Assembly: GCA_010093815.1 (NCBI GenBank)
Contig: ML996587.1
DNA: 64,000 nt
Reading direction: 5' to 3' (one strand)
DNA from: Pseudovirgaria hyperparasitica
Lineage: Eukaryota
Shown: positions 14,133 through 25,038 of the stretch, piece by piece
Layout: each line of letters opens with the position of its first letter
Numbering within the stretch: position 1 is the first letter of the stretch
The notes under the pieces: model-generated
What the model saw: the letters and a program-made list of their open reading frames with translations, nothing else
The model's database searches: none
What the model was told of the DNA's origin: nothing
Program-made: the position numbers and the translations under genes

Positions 14133-17100
14133 TGAGGGCATAACATATACTTATTATTATATAGGCGAACGTATAATATAAACGAGAAAACCAAGCGACG
14201 CTCCTAGAAGAGATAGAAGCCATAATAATAGCTATCTAGGAACCATATAAACACTACTAAACCAATAAGCTAATAACACACCTAGAATACTATACCATCC
14301 ACCCTACGGGCCCGGATAGGAGAGTTATGTTTTATATATATAAGTCGATCCCGCTCTTAGAATGGTCTTATACCGAACGTGATAACCTCCGGATAATACT
14401 ATATCTCTAGATAAGTATAGGGCCTCTCTATATCTATAATATCTATAATTAATAGCGATCGCTTACGCTAGATAATATACTCGAGGGCACCACGACGCCG
14501 GGATAACACATCCTCCTAGGCGACTTTAATCTCTACTATAGATGGTAGGGAGGCCTAGCCGTCGCGAGAGAAGAACTTAGAGTAAGGGAACTATACACAC
14601 GGTACCACGACTTCCTATACCTCCTTATACCCGTAGGGTAGATCACCTAGAGGAAACATAAATAGGACGAGAACGGGTCTACGCTCGACCTTACCCTCGC
14701 CACCGAGTACATTAGCCATAGAGTATAGTACTACCGCCCAAGCCGGATATAGACGGACTCCGACCACGAATATATAGAAACCGTAATAGACGTCTCTACT
14801 CTTAATAAATAATATAGAAAATAGCTATAGAAGGATACTAATTAGGATAAATACCTAGAGGACCTAGAATTAGTAATTCTAGACCCCTCTATAGTCGACG
14901 TATCCAACGGCCTAGCCATAGATAAGGCCGTGTAAGTCCTCCTTTAAGTATACTAAGCCATGAGAGATAAACACGTACTATACTAAATATATAGATCCCT
15001 AGAAGCGAGGGGTATACCTTAAATACGAGAGTATAGAAGAGACGCCCGTAGACTATATATATATATATACTATATCTAGACGACCGAGGCCTAGGAAGAG
15101 TAGAAGGAAGTAGTATAATATCGTAATAGGGCCCTCCGTAATAAATAATAAAAATAATAGCGTATGATTACTAATAAACACACACGGTAAGCCGTAGGGC
15201 TATAGTGTATAGTAAAGTAGGCTAAGGGTATAGACGCGCCGACACCGCCGCTACTAATACCTCCCCTAATATACTAAGAGAGAATATACTCTATAAGCCC
15301 GGAGAAGACGGAGATCTTATATAAAGTTATGTTCCCCCTCCCGGAGCTAGTAGACCTATTAGATATTAATAATACTAAATATCTAGATATAATCGATATC
15401 CCCTAAGAGGTTACCGAGGAGAATATACTCGACGCTATTAAAGTACTCCCGAATAATAAGGCACCCGGACTAGATAGGATACTAAATAGATGCCTTAAAC
15501 GCACTATACTAGCTACCCTACCGCTTATTAGTTATATATTTTAAGTATATATTAAGAACGGATACCACCCCTAAAGCTTCCGGGCCGCCTATACTATTAT
15601 ACTTCTAAAACTAGGGAAGAACCCTAGCTCCCCAAAAGGATAGAGGCTAATCGCCCTCCTCTTCTATCTTAGGAAGATACTAGAGGCTACGATTACAAAG
15701 AAGATAAGCGCCGTAGTATAGGAATATAACCTCCTCCTAGTAAACTAGAAGGCGAAGACTAGAAGCTCTCTAATTACCGCTATCTAATATATCCTCGAAG
15801 TCGTCTAGACCGTATAGAAGTAGGGACGTATAGTAACGCTACTCTCCCTTAACATGGCCGGCGCATTTAATAAAGTAAACCACACGAGACTTATCTATAA
15901 CTTACGGAAGAGGCGTATACCCGTGTAGATTACGCGGTTTATATAGTCCTTCCTCGCTAAAAGAGTTACCTAGATATACATCTCTAGATATCGAAGTAAG
16001 TACGAGAAGACGGCTTACGGCATCCTATAAGGAAGTACTATCTCTCTAATCCTCTTCCTCTTCTTTACTATAGACCTTCTCTAGAGAATATAATATATAG
16101 AGGTAGTAGGATACGTAGACGATACATACCTTCTAGCCATTAATAATAATACTAGCCAAATATATAGACGACTCGAATAAGACCATAGAAGATATATCTA
16201 ATAGGCAAAGCGCTACGGAGCAAAGTTCGCCCCTAAAAAGTACTAACTTATATACTTTATTAACCGCCGTAGGAAATGGGCTACTAGGGAAGGTAAGCGA
16301 CGCCCTAGAATAGACGCCTTCGACGAACCGCCGACATAAAGTATACGCGTACTTAGCGTTATAATCGATAATAAGCTTAAATAGGGACCATAGGTAGTAT
16401 ATACCGTTTCTAGGGCCCTCTAGATAGAAGCTACTATATAACGGATTATAGCCTCCACGTAGAGAACCGCCCGGGATAAGGTACGCTAGCTATATATATC
16501 TATAGTACGACCCGCCTTCACGTACGGACACGAGTGCTAGTATACGGCCCTTATATAGACTAGGCGAATAAAGCTCGAATCTATATAGAACCGTATACTC
16601 CGTCTTATATTAGGCGTATATAAAGCTACTAATATAGTACTACTACGACGCGAGATAGACGTTATAAGTATATATAACTTCTACTAGATATAGAGGGTAG
16701 TATACTTTACTAAATAATAAGCATAGGAACGTATAGAAAATATAGAATATACCTTCGCCGCGCTACGCGTGCGAGTTAGCGTATACTACTAAGTACTCTT
16801 ATATATAGGCCGGACTCGACTATGGTATAAGTGCCCGATAGAAATAGACTTAAACTAAGTAGTATAAGAGATTAAGAATAACCTAGATACCCTTCTAGAC
16901 TAATAGAGTCTTTAAGAGCTCGGATAAAGTATACGGTTATAGATCTAAGATAAGTAGAAAGAGACACTCCGGGCCTAGTGGGCCTCCTAGTAGAATAGAT
17001 ACCTAGAGTAGATCCGAGGACCATAGAAGGAGCTAAGTAAATAGATATATAAAGGGCTTATAAAGGCCTAGATATCTATACTTCTCTAAGCCCGAACGGG

Positions 17101-17455
17101 CGCTATAGAACTTCTATACTACCTCTATAAGAGAGGTATCCCTAACGTGTCTCTATAGTATAAGGCGTGCGGCCGGAGAGGTATAATACGCTACTATCTT
17201 ATAATATACCCCGATCTTCACACGTAAAGGCAGAAGCTTATCCACACGATAAGAACCTCTAATATTATATGATAGCTTAATAAGTACCCTAAGGATATCT
17301 CCTAATAGATACTTATATATCTACTACTCCTCTAGTACTAGTAGACCTAGAAATATATACTAGAAGAGACCCGGTATACGCTAGTAGTAACCTAATATAT
17401 ACTGGAAGAACCCCGGGAGAACCCTAATTATTAGTTAAGGGTAGCCCTTAACTAA
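14132..17455 (+). pseudogene. LINE ORF2 (AP endonuclease + reverse transcriptase), RIP-disrupted
   Basis: ATG at 14132. APE motifs QANV, AIQEP, LLGDFNLHH, STLDLT, DSDH. RT motifs KAPGPDG, WRPIALL, AFDKV, GIPQGS.ISPILF, GY(A/V)DD (~16109-16123). C-terminal CxxC..H...C at ~17160-17210. End is approximate. Confidence 0.9.
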
Positions 17456-19961
17456 TAACCTCCGTACCTATACGTACTACCTAAGGGTAAAATAATAGTA
17501 ATATAGGCTATAGGCTAATAGGCGTACTCTATAGCTATATACTTAAGACGAAATAGAGGTTTAACGAGATATAGTTATAGATATAAGGAAGTTTTTCCCT
17601 ATAGGGTTTCTTCTTATATAGTGGCTTAGACTAGAGGAGGCATAGGCCTATAGAGTACTACTCTATCTAGTTATATAATATTATTATTATTATTATTATA
17701 CTTTAGTTATCTAGATATAATATATATATATATATATATATAGTCTCTAGGCTTCTTATCTATATTCTTATATTTAAGGTATACCCTTTATATCTAGAGA
17801 CTTATATATTTAATATAGTATATATTTATCTCTAGTATTCTAGTAGACTTAAAGAAGAACTTATATAGCTCTATCTATAGCTAGACTATTAGATATATTA
17901 ACTATAGAGAGATCTAGAATTACTAATTCTAGATTCTCTATATACTTTTTCTAGTTAGTATTCTTTTAGAGCTATCTCCCTTATTATTTATTAGATATAG
18001 ATATATCTTCTATAGTTTCTATATACTTATAGTTAGAGTCTATCTATATCTTACTTAGATAGTAGTATTATACTCTATAGCTTATATATTTAGTAGTAAG
18101 GGTAAGGTTAAGTATAGATCCTTTCTTATTCTATTTATATTTCTTCTATATAACTTTTCTAATAGATATAAGAAGGTATAGAAGGTCTTAGTATTATATA
18201 TATTATTCTTTTACTCTAAGTTCTTTTCTTATAACTATTAGATCTCTCTACTATCTATAGTAAAGATTAAAGTTATCTAGTAGAATATATTATTCTAATA
18301 TTATAATACTTTCTAGTATAGTATCTAGTATAAGTAATTCTTTCTAGTTATAAATATTATAGATATAGAGAGACTCTAAATTTATCTAGAGATATAATAT
18401 TATTTAGAGATTATCTTATTTTATATAGAACTACTCTAAGAGTAGAATTAATTTATATATATAGAATAGAACTCTTCTATCTAGGCCTAGAAGATAGATA
18501 GTATAGTACTCTAGATATATTATTAGTTTATTAGTTTAGTTATATTTATATAGTTTCTAGATAGCTATTATTATAGTATCTATCTCTTCTAAGAGTATTA
18601 TCTAGTTTTCTTATTTATATTATATATTTATCTATATAATAATAAGTATATCTTAGCTTCTTATTAGATACTAGAAAATACTTAGATCTATATACTAGTA
18701 GTATTAAGGTATAATTATCTCTATATAGAAGCTATTTTAAGGATATCCCTAGATTAGTCTATCTTTCTCTACTTACTACTCTAAAGAGTTTTTAAGTATA
18801 TATATATAATATCTCTATATATTAGTACTATTATATATTATATACTAGGTATATATATATTAGAAGTTATTATACCTAGTATACTCTATTAATTAATATA
18901 TATAGATTACTATATTACTCTAAATTAACTAGTTTTAGTCTCTTAGAGTATAGAAAGTTTTTCTATCTAATTAAAATTATAAGAAAATAAGTCTTTAAGT
19001 TAAAAAAAAGTATATAGCTATACTAGAGATAACTATACCCTATATAATAGATATACTCTTTATTAGTATTAAGGTATAGAATATAAGTAAATCGTTAGTT
19101 AATTAGATTATAAGAACTAGATAGTATAGTAGTAAAGATTCTAAACTACTATTTACTTATAACTCTATATCTATATATTATCTCTATATATATAGAAAGA
19201 CTAGAGTTATTATATACTAGTATATATCTATTCTATAACTACTAAGTAGAGTTATAAGTATATAGAATAAATAGTTATAGAGTAAGAGACTAGATAAAAG
19301 ATTATATAGATATATTTTTAATATTTAATAGAAGAATCCTTCTATTACTAAATCTATATTATAAGTATATAATTTATAGTTTTAGATTAATAGATCAAAT
19401 AATAGAAAATATAGATATATTTCTAATATTTAATAGAATAATAACTCTAGAAGTACTAGAAATACTTAATAAGAAGTAGAAGAACTCTAGAATCTATTTA
19501 GAATAATACTAGAAGTACTAGAAAGTCTAAAAGTATTAGAAGTATTATTTAGTCTCTAATATAGATTATATATTATATAGAAATTATAATAGAAGATTAT
19601 ATAAGAGTTTCTATATCTATAGCTTTATCTTATATATTATAGCTTTAATAAGAGAAGATAAAGTTATTAGAGTACTACTCTATTCTATATAATATAGATT
19701 TTTATTATACTTAATATTATCTACTATAAGTAATTAGTTAGAATTTATCTAATAGTATAATTAACTATTTTATTTATATAATTTAACTTAATCTATTATA
19801 TATAATCTCTATACTAATTTCTCTATTCTATATATATATCTATGAATATCTTATCTTATCTACTATATATTACTATAAGTACACGTGTTTTGTCTTATCG
19901 TGTTGCTTGGTATATCACCTACCTTCAGTTTTCTCTTCACCACCTGACCACCTATCTGCCA

Positions 19962-21590
19962 ATGGCATCTCCTCCAAGTTCTCCACCACTGGCTATATTA
20001 CCGCAGCGGCCCTCTAACAAACGTCAACGCTCCGGTGAAGTTACCGACTTCTTCTCTAGTGATCCTGCGCCCGTCTTCTCCTCAGATGACTGGCAAGATG
20101 CGTCGATAGAGCAGTATGAAGCACCGCGGAGGAAGAGAACATTCAGGGGCCCATGGTGGAAAAGCTGCAAGAGATGGGAGCCTGCAACTATGCTGACATC
20201 AGAATCCCATGTGATGTCCCTAGCAAGGAACCTTGACAGCGGTGTATGGATAGACAACGATGATAGCATTGCGTTATCGTCCTCTTTATCGACTCTACTT
20301 AACGGCCCTACTACTACCGATACCTCCTATCAATTGACATTTTGTCCTGATTGGCAGCAAAAATACCCAGCGCCATTACTTTCACAGGCTGAGCTGCAGG
20401 CTCAAGGATTAGTCGAAAGTTGCCTCGAGCAAGGCACGCAATATGTCGACATGAGGTATGTATGGTCTTCAAACCATGGTCATAGGATTCTGATTTCAAG
20501 CAGCAACTTGGGCTTGGAAAAATTAGATGGGAGCATAATCCAGCCGATTAGGGCTTTCAGTACTGTTCCCATGGCATGCGACCGCGACTTCCGACCACAA
20601 CTTAAGATCCTATTGTCAATGAACTCTCTTCAAACTTTGCCGAAAGAAATCTGGGAGCTAAATCATATCGTTCACCTCGGTTTACGTCAAAACAGATTAG
20701 AGACCTTATCCCCCAACATAGCAAAGCTCGTAGATCTACAGTCCCTCGACATCACTGGAAATAAAATCCGCTGGCTTCCATGGGAGCTTCTATCATTGAT
20801 CACCCCGTCGAGGAGCCTGGCGATGTTTCACGTGGAGCACGGAAATCCCCTACTCATGCCATTCGAAGGCTTGCCCGAGTTCCCATCATGTATACGTGAA
20901 CTAGCCATAGGCCACCATCAAGATTTTGTACAAACCAAGCCCGAGACCAATTCCGGCCACGCAACTGAGATGCAGAGGTGGCTTTGCAGAATCGGTGAGA
21001 CAATCCATGCAGGCAAATTATATGGTGAGGGTTTATCTAACAGCCACTGTATACCCTCAAAGCCGTGGCTCGTAGGATGCTCGGAAATGGCCCGCTTTAG
21101 TAGCGATGGTACACTCGCTAACGGTTCACCAATTGCTCCTTCACTCGTACCTCTAGAACAGAGATCATTAAAGGCGTATTTGGTGGACGATCTGCCCCAG
21201 CCACAACGAATATCTTGTAGTCGTGTGGGCTCTCTTTTTGAGCTCTCACTTCGAAGAGTAACAGCGTTAATATCTACAGAGCAACTTCGGAAATATGTAC
21301 CAGATCTCCCAGAAGGGCCCTTCCAGCGTGCTCTTACAGAGGCTGAACACGTTCAAGCTGACGGAGGTCGTACTTGTTCTGTTTGTGGCCAATTGTACAT
21401 CCTTCCTCGAGCAGAATGGATGGAATTTTGGCATGTTCATCGCTCTGGAGCTACGGCTGGCATCAACGGCCATCTTCTCCCATTTCTCCGAAGAGCTTGT
21501 AGTTGGCGCTGCGGATACACCGCCTTCTGTAATATAAGGAGTGCATATGGTAGATACGCCGCTAAGTGTACTATAAATTCATTTCCATAA
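19962..21590 (+). CDS. Leucine-rich repeat protein with C-terminal BC/SOCS-box-like and Cys-rich (CxxC...CSWxC) region, LRRC58-like architecture; exons 19962-20455 and 20504-21590, ~526 aa
   Basis: Unmutated GC-balanced island. LRRs LSMNSLQTLPKEI, LGLRQNRLETLSPNI, LDITGNKIRWLPWEL. Intron GTATGT..CTGAT..CAG at 20456-20503, whose removal restores VDMSNLGL. The upstream ATG at 19842 lies in RIP-like AT-rich DNA, so 19962 is preferred. Confidence 0.85.
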   Translation: MASPPSSPPLAILPQRPSNKRQRSGEVTDFFSSDPAPVFSSDDWQDASIEQYEAPRRKRTFRGPWWKSCKRWEPATMLTSESHVMSLARNLDSGVWIDNDDSIALSSSLSTLLNGPTTTDTSYQLTFCPDWQQKYPAPLLSQAELQAQGLVESCLEQGTQYVDMRYVWSSNHGHRILISSSNLGLEKLDGSIIQPIRAFSTVPMACDRDFRPQLKILLSMNSLQTLPKEIWELNHIVHLGLRQNRLETLSPNIAKLVDLQSLDITGNKIRWLPWELLSLITPSRSLAMFHVEHGNPLLMPFEGLPEFPSCIRELAIGHHQDFVQTKPETNSGHATEMQRWLCRIGETIHAGKLYGEGLSNSHCIPSKPWLVGCSEMARFSSDGTLANGSPIAPSLVPLEQRSLKAYLVDDLPQPQRISCSRVGSLFELSLRRVTALISTEQLRKYVPDLPEGPFQRALTEAEHVQADGGRTCSVCGQLYILPRAEWMEFWHVHRSGATAGINGHLLPFLRRACSWRCGYTAFCNIRSAYGRYAAKCTINSFP

Positions 21591-21987
21591 CAAGAGGATT
21601 AAGATAGAGACATAGTATATTAGGAATTAGCTATGAACGGAGCCCTTAGGCACGTGTGTAGGACGTGTCCTTCCATATGTGTTTTCGACTTTATAAGTAA
21701 TGTTCTCTACCCTTAAAGTAGTTTAACATATCTACTAATAAGCTAACCTACTAATAAATATTATAATTTAAGTATAACTCTAAATATCTATAATAATAAT
21801 ATTATTATTATATAACTAGGTAGAGTAGTTTACTCTATAGATATATACCTTCTCTAGTCTAAGCTATTATATAAAGAGAAACCCTTTTTTTAAAAGAAAA
21901 AACTCTCTTCTCTTTATAACTATATCTTATTAAGTCTATATATCTTCTTAAGTATATAGCTATTAGATATATCTATAGATCTATAAT

Positions 21988-22938
21988 TAGCTAGATAGTA
22001 TAGTAGTAGTATACTATATTACTAGAAGCGTTTATTATCTAATATTATAGGTTTAAATTCTATAATAGCTACCTTTTTATATACTAGTTTTTATATACTC
22101 TACTAAAGATATATAGAGTTAAGTAAGTATATAATATAAAGATTACTATTATATAATTACTTAGTTCTAAGTAATAGTTAGATAATATAGTAGTATTATA
22201 TAATAAAATTATCTAACTTAGCTATCTATCTATACTACCTTAAGTAGTAGAGCTAAGTCTAGAGTAGCTAGATCTAAAAAATCCTACTTAGCTTAAATTA
22301 TAGAATATATATATAGAGCCTTATCTATCTCTATAGAGTCTTATCTACTCTAATCTAGCTTAGCTTATACTTACTCTAGCTTAGTAACTATAAAATAGAT
22401 AGTAGTATCTAATTAAGTATTCTATCTACTAATAGATAATTATATAGTTCTAAAGAATAATTTCTAAATTTAGTCTAGCTAGGGTTAGTACTAAGGCACG
22501 GACCTATTAGATATATACCCTCTCTAGTATTAGTTATCTTAATTAATAACTAATATCTAGCGTAAAGCTATATTTCTATAGATAGAAAAAACCCGGTAGT
22601 ATAGAAATAATAGACTAGGCCTAGCCTAGTAATCTATCTAATTATAGAAGAGATAATACTTACTATAGTTAGTTAGGGTATTATTAAGAGCTAATACTAA
22701 TATAGTAATAAAAAAGTCTAATTTTAAAAAGAATAAGAAGTAAGTTTATTATCTAATAGAATTTAAGAACTTAGACTAGACTAGGTTAGATTAGTAATAG
22801 GGTCTAGTTAGAGAGCTAATTATAGAAGGTTTTCTTATATATATAGTAGCTTAGACTAGAGAAGGTCTATACCTATAGAATATATATATAGCTATATATA
22901 TAGTTCTTCCTAGTTAAATACTAATATTATTATATTAT
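21988..22938 (+). mobile_element. Second non-LTR family (family B): ~950-bp insertion sharing only the 3'-terminal motif and tail with the main LINE
   Basis: 14-bp TSD TATAGATCTATAAT at 21974-21987 and 22939-22952; 3' motif TAGTAGCTTAGACTAGAGAAGG as in the LINE 3' end; (ATT)n-like tail; second copy at 63401-64000 (minus). Confidence 0.75.
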
Positions 22939-23851
22939 TATAGATCTATAATCTATATTACTATTATTTTATTCTTAGATAATATATATAGAGTATAGAG
23001 ATTATTAGCTAAGGGTTACCCTTAGCTAATAATTAGAGTTCTTCTAGAGTTCTTCTAGTATATACTAGAGTCTATCTAGTATATATCTAGTTTCTTCTAG
23101 TATATATATTAAGATCTACTAGTACTAAGAGAGTAGAAGATATATAAGTATTTACTAGATAATTTTCTTAAAGTACTTATTTAGCTAATATATAATATTA
23201 GAGGTTCTTATTATAGAATAAGTATTTATCTTTATATATAGAGATCTAGATATATTATAAGATAGTATTATATTATATATCTCTAATTATATACTTTATA
23301 CTATAGAGATATATCTAGAATATCTCTCTAGTATAGAAAGTATAAAAGTTCTATAGCTTCTATTTAGGCTTAGAGAAGAATAGATATTTAGACTTTTATA
23401 AGCTCTTTATATATCTATTTACTTAGTTTCTTCTATAGTTCTTAAATCTACTCTAAATATCTATTCTATTAGAATATCTAATAGACTTAAAGAGCTTCTT
23501 TCTACTTATTCTAGATCTATAATTATATAGTCTATATAAGTTTTTAAGGGTTCTACTAGTATAAGAAGGTATCTAGATTATCTTTAATCTCTTATATAAT
23601 CTAACTTAAGTATATCTCTATTAGATACTTATATTATATTTAAATCTAGTCTATATATAGAAGTACTTAATAGTAGATACTAACTTATATATATAGTATA
23701 GTAAAAGTATATTCTATATATTCTATATATTTCTATACTTATTATTTAATAAAGTATATTACCCTCTATATCTAGTAGAAGTTCTATATATTTATTATAT
23801 TTATCTTATATTATAGTAGTACTATATTAGTAGCTTTATATATACTAGATA

Positions 23852-23926
23852 GGCTACGAAGCCTTATAAACCGCGTCCACGTTATCGTAGCTAGGCAATG
23901 CCTCTATAGAGGTAGTAAGAGATTCG
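23852..23926 (+). ncRNA. HDV/CPEB3-like self-cleaving ribozyme (RIP-mutated copy A)
   Basis: P1 GGCTACG/CGTAGCT with G1-U wobble; P2 (C)GAACC/GGTTCG (intact in copy B); P3-L3 GCG-TCCACGT-TAT; J1/4 (G>A)G; P4 CCTC-loop-GAGG; J4/2 GTAAGA, inferred GCAAGA/GCGAGA before RIP. G1 is the first base after the TSD. Confidence 0.8.
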
Positions 23927-25038
23927 GAGCGGCGTTAATAGTAACCTAGTCGTCGCTAGATAGATGGTTAAAGAGTTTTCGCGGAGCGTCTACCTTACTA
24001 AACCACGCTAATATAACCTAGCTAGGGAAGTATATACTTCTATTCTATCCCTAATAAACGCGTTAAGAGAAGTTCACGAGAATAAAGGGATAAGAAAACC
24101 ATCTAACGCGCTACTACTATGTCGAAAGTAGGCCTAAATCTATTTTACTAACTAGGTAGAGGAAGCGGAGATTCTAGTAGCGTGATAGGATACCTTAAGG
24201 CTTAAACGGCTCTAGGAACGTAAGGAACACGTCGAGGGTAACTAAGAAACTACTACTAGAAGAACTTATTAAAGCTAACTCTTCTATAGTATTAAACTAC
24301 GTTTATTAAGCTATCTAGTACGACTACTAGTAGTATAACTCTATTAAGACCTTTCGCTCGATACGAGATACTACTTTACTACTAATAGGTAGAGTAGCTC
24401 CCGCGTACGAGAGATGTTATAGTCTACTATAGAAGGTGGGATACTAGAGTATATAGATAATAGTATATAGATATAGATAGGAGGCAGCTATAGGGACCCT
24501 TTAAGAGTAGTAGAAATAAGTCGGGTTAGTAGGAAGAGAATACCTAAGTCGCCTAGGCGTATATACGTAAGGGATTTAGAGGATACTCTCCTATAAGATA
24601 TAGTTAGCCTATTATAGAGAGATCCTTATAGGTAACACGAAACTAAAAAGTAGTAATACTTAAAGGCGGGGCGTGGTATATAGTAGTAACTACTAGCTCT
24701 AAGGACCTTACCTCTTTAATAGGCTCTAACCCTTAATATATCTAGAAGTAGATAGAATTATATTCTAGCTAGAGAGACTACTATATAGCCTAAGAGAACG
24801 GATATATATATTAATTTATAAAGAGATAGAACGTATCGCCTATAAGGCATATACGCTAGTATTATAAGTTTAAGGAGTAAACCTTATAGTTACCTAGCTA
24901 GGAGAGGCTTCGGTTACCTCTCCTAGTAGAGCCGGAGGTATAAGCCTAGAGGGAATAAGATAAGGCGAAAACAGGAGTAGGGCCTAATGGTATAGGGCAC
25001 GTCGAACCTATAGGAGTTATCTAACTCCGAACTAGAGG
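23852..25038 (+). ncRNA. ~1.19-kb non-coding structured RNA 'head', copy A
   Basis: Colinear with 60558-61762 (minus) with identical termini. Differences include non-RIP substitutions and frame-breaking indels clustered in hairpin loops. No protein motif is recognisable. Confidence 0.7.

Larger units (their letters stand above)
12360..17696 (+). mobile_element. Full-length Tad1-like LINE (APE-RT), RIP-inactivated (copy L1)
   Basis: 14-bp TSD TATACTTTAGTTAT at 12346-12359 and 17697-17710; (ATT)n tail; ORF1 with three CCHC knuckles and ORF2 with APE, RT and a C-terminal Cys/His motif. Confidence 0.95.
9530..18963 (-). mobile_element. Old, heavily RIPed Tad1-like LINE (host H1), interrupted by a younger LINE at 12360-17696
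   Basis: (AAT)n tail at ~9530-9550, then the reverse complement of the 3' UTR, palindrome (~9771) and RT region. The sequence resumes seamlessly at 17711 after the TSD. The family 5' terminus (..GAAGTTTTTC-like on plus) is at ~18955-18963. ORF1 has internal deletions. Confidence 0.85.

Noticed and set aside
19842..19961. 40-aa N-terminal extension of the LRR ORF
   Set aside because: Starts in TpA-rich RIP-like DNA; ATG 19962 is the more plausible start.
24049..24060. RIPed hammerhead core (CTAATAA from CTGATGA)
   Set aside because: Not conserved in copy B, and no correctly placed GAAA.
24590..24612. Group I intron S-like motif AAGATATAGT in the head
   Set aside because: Copy B shows the ancestral form was AAGACACGGTC. 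Only a 4-bp candidate P7 partner was found and no convincing P/Q elements; needs a covariance search.
24725..24737. Telomerase RNA template-like TAACCCTTAA in the head
   Set aside because: Imperfect and not conserved in copy B.
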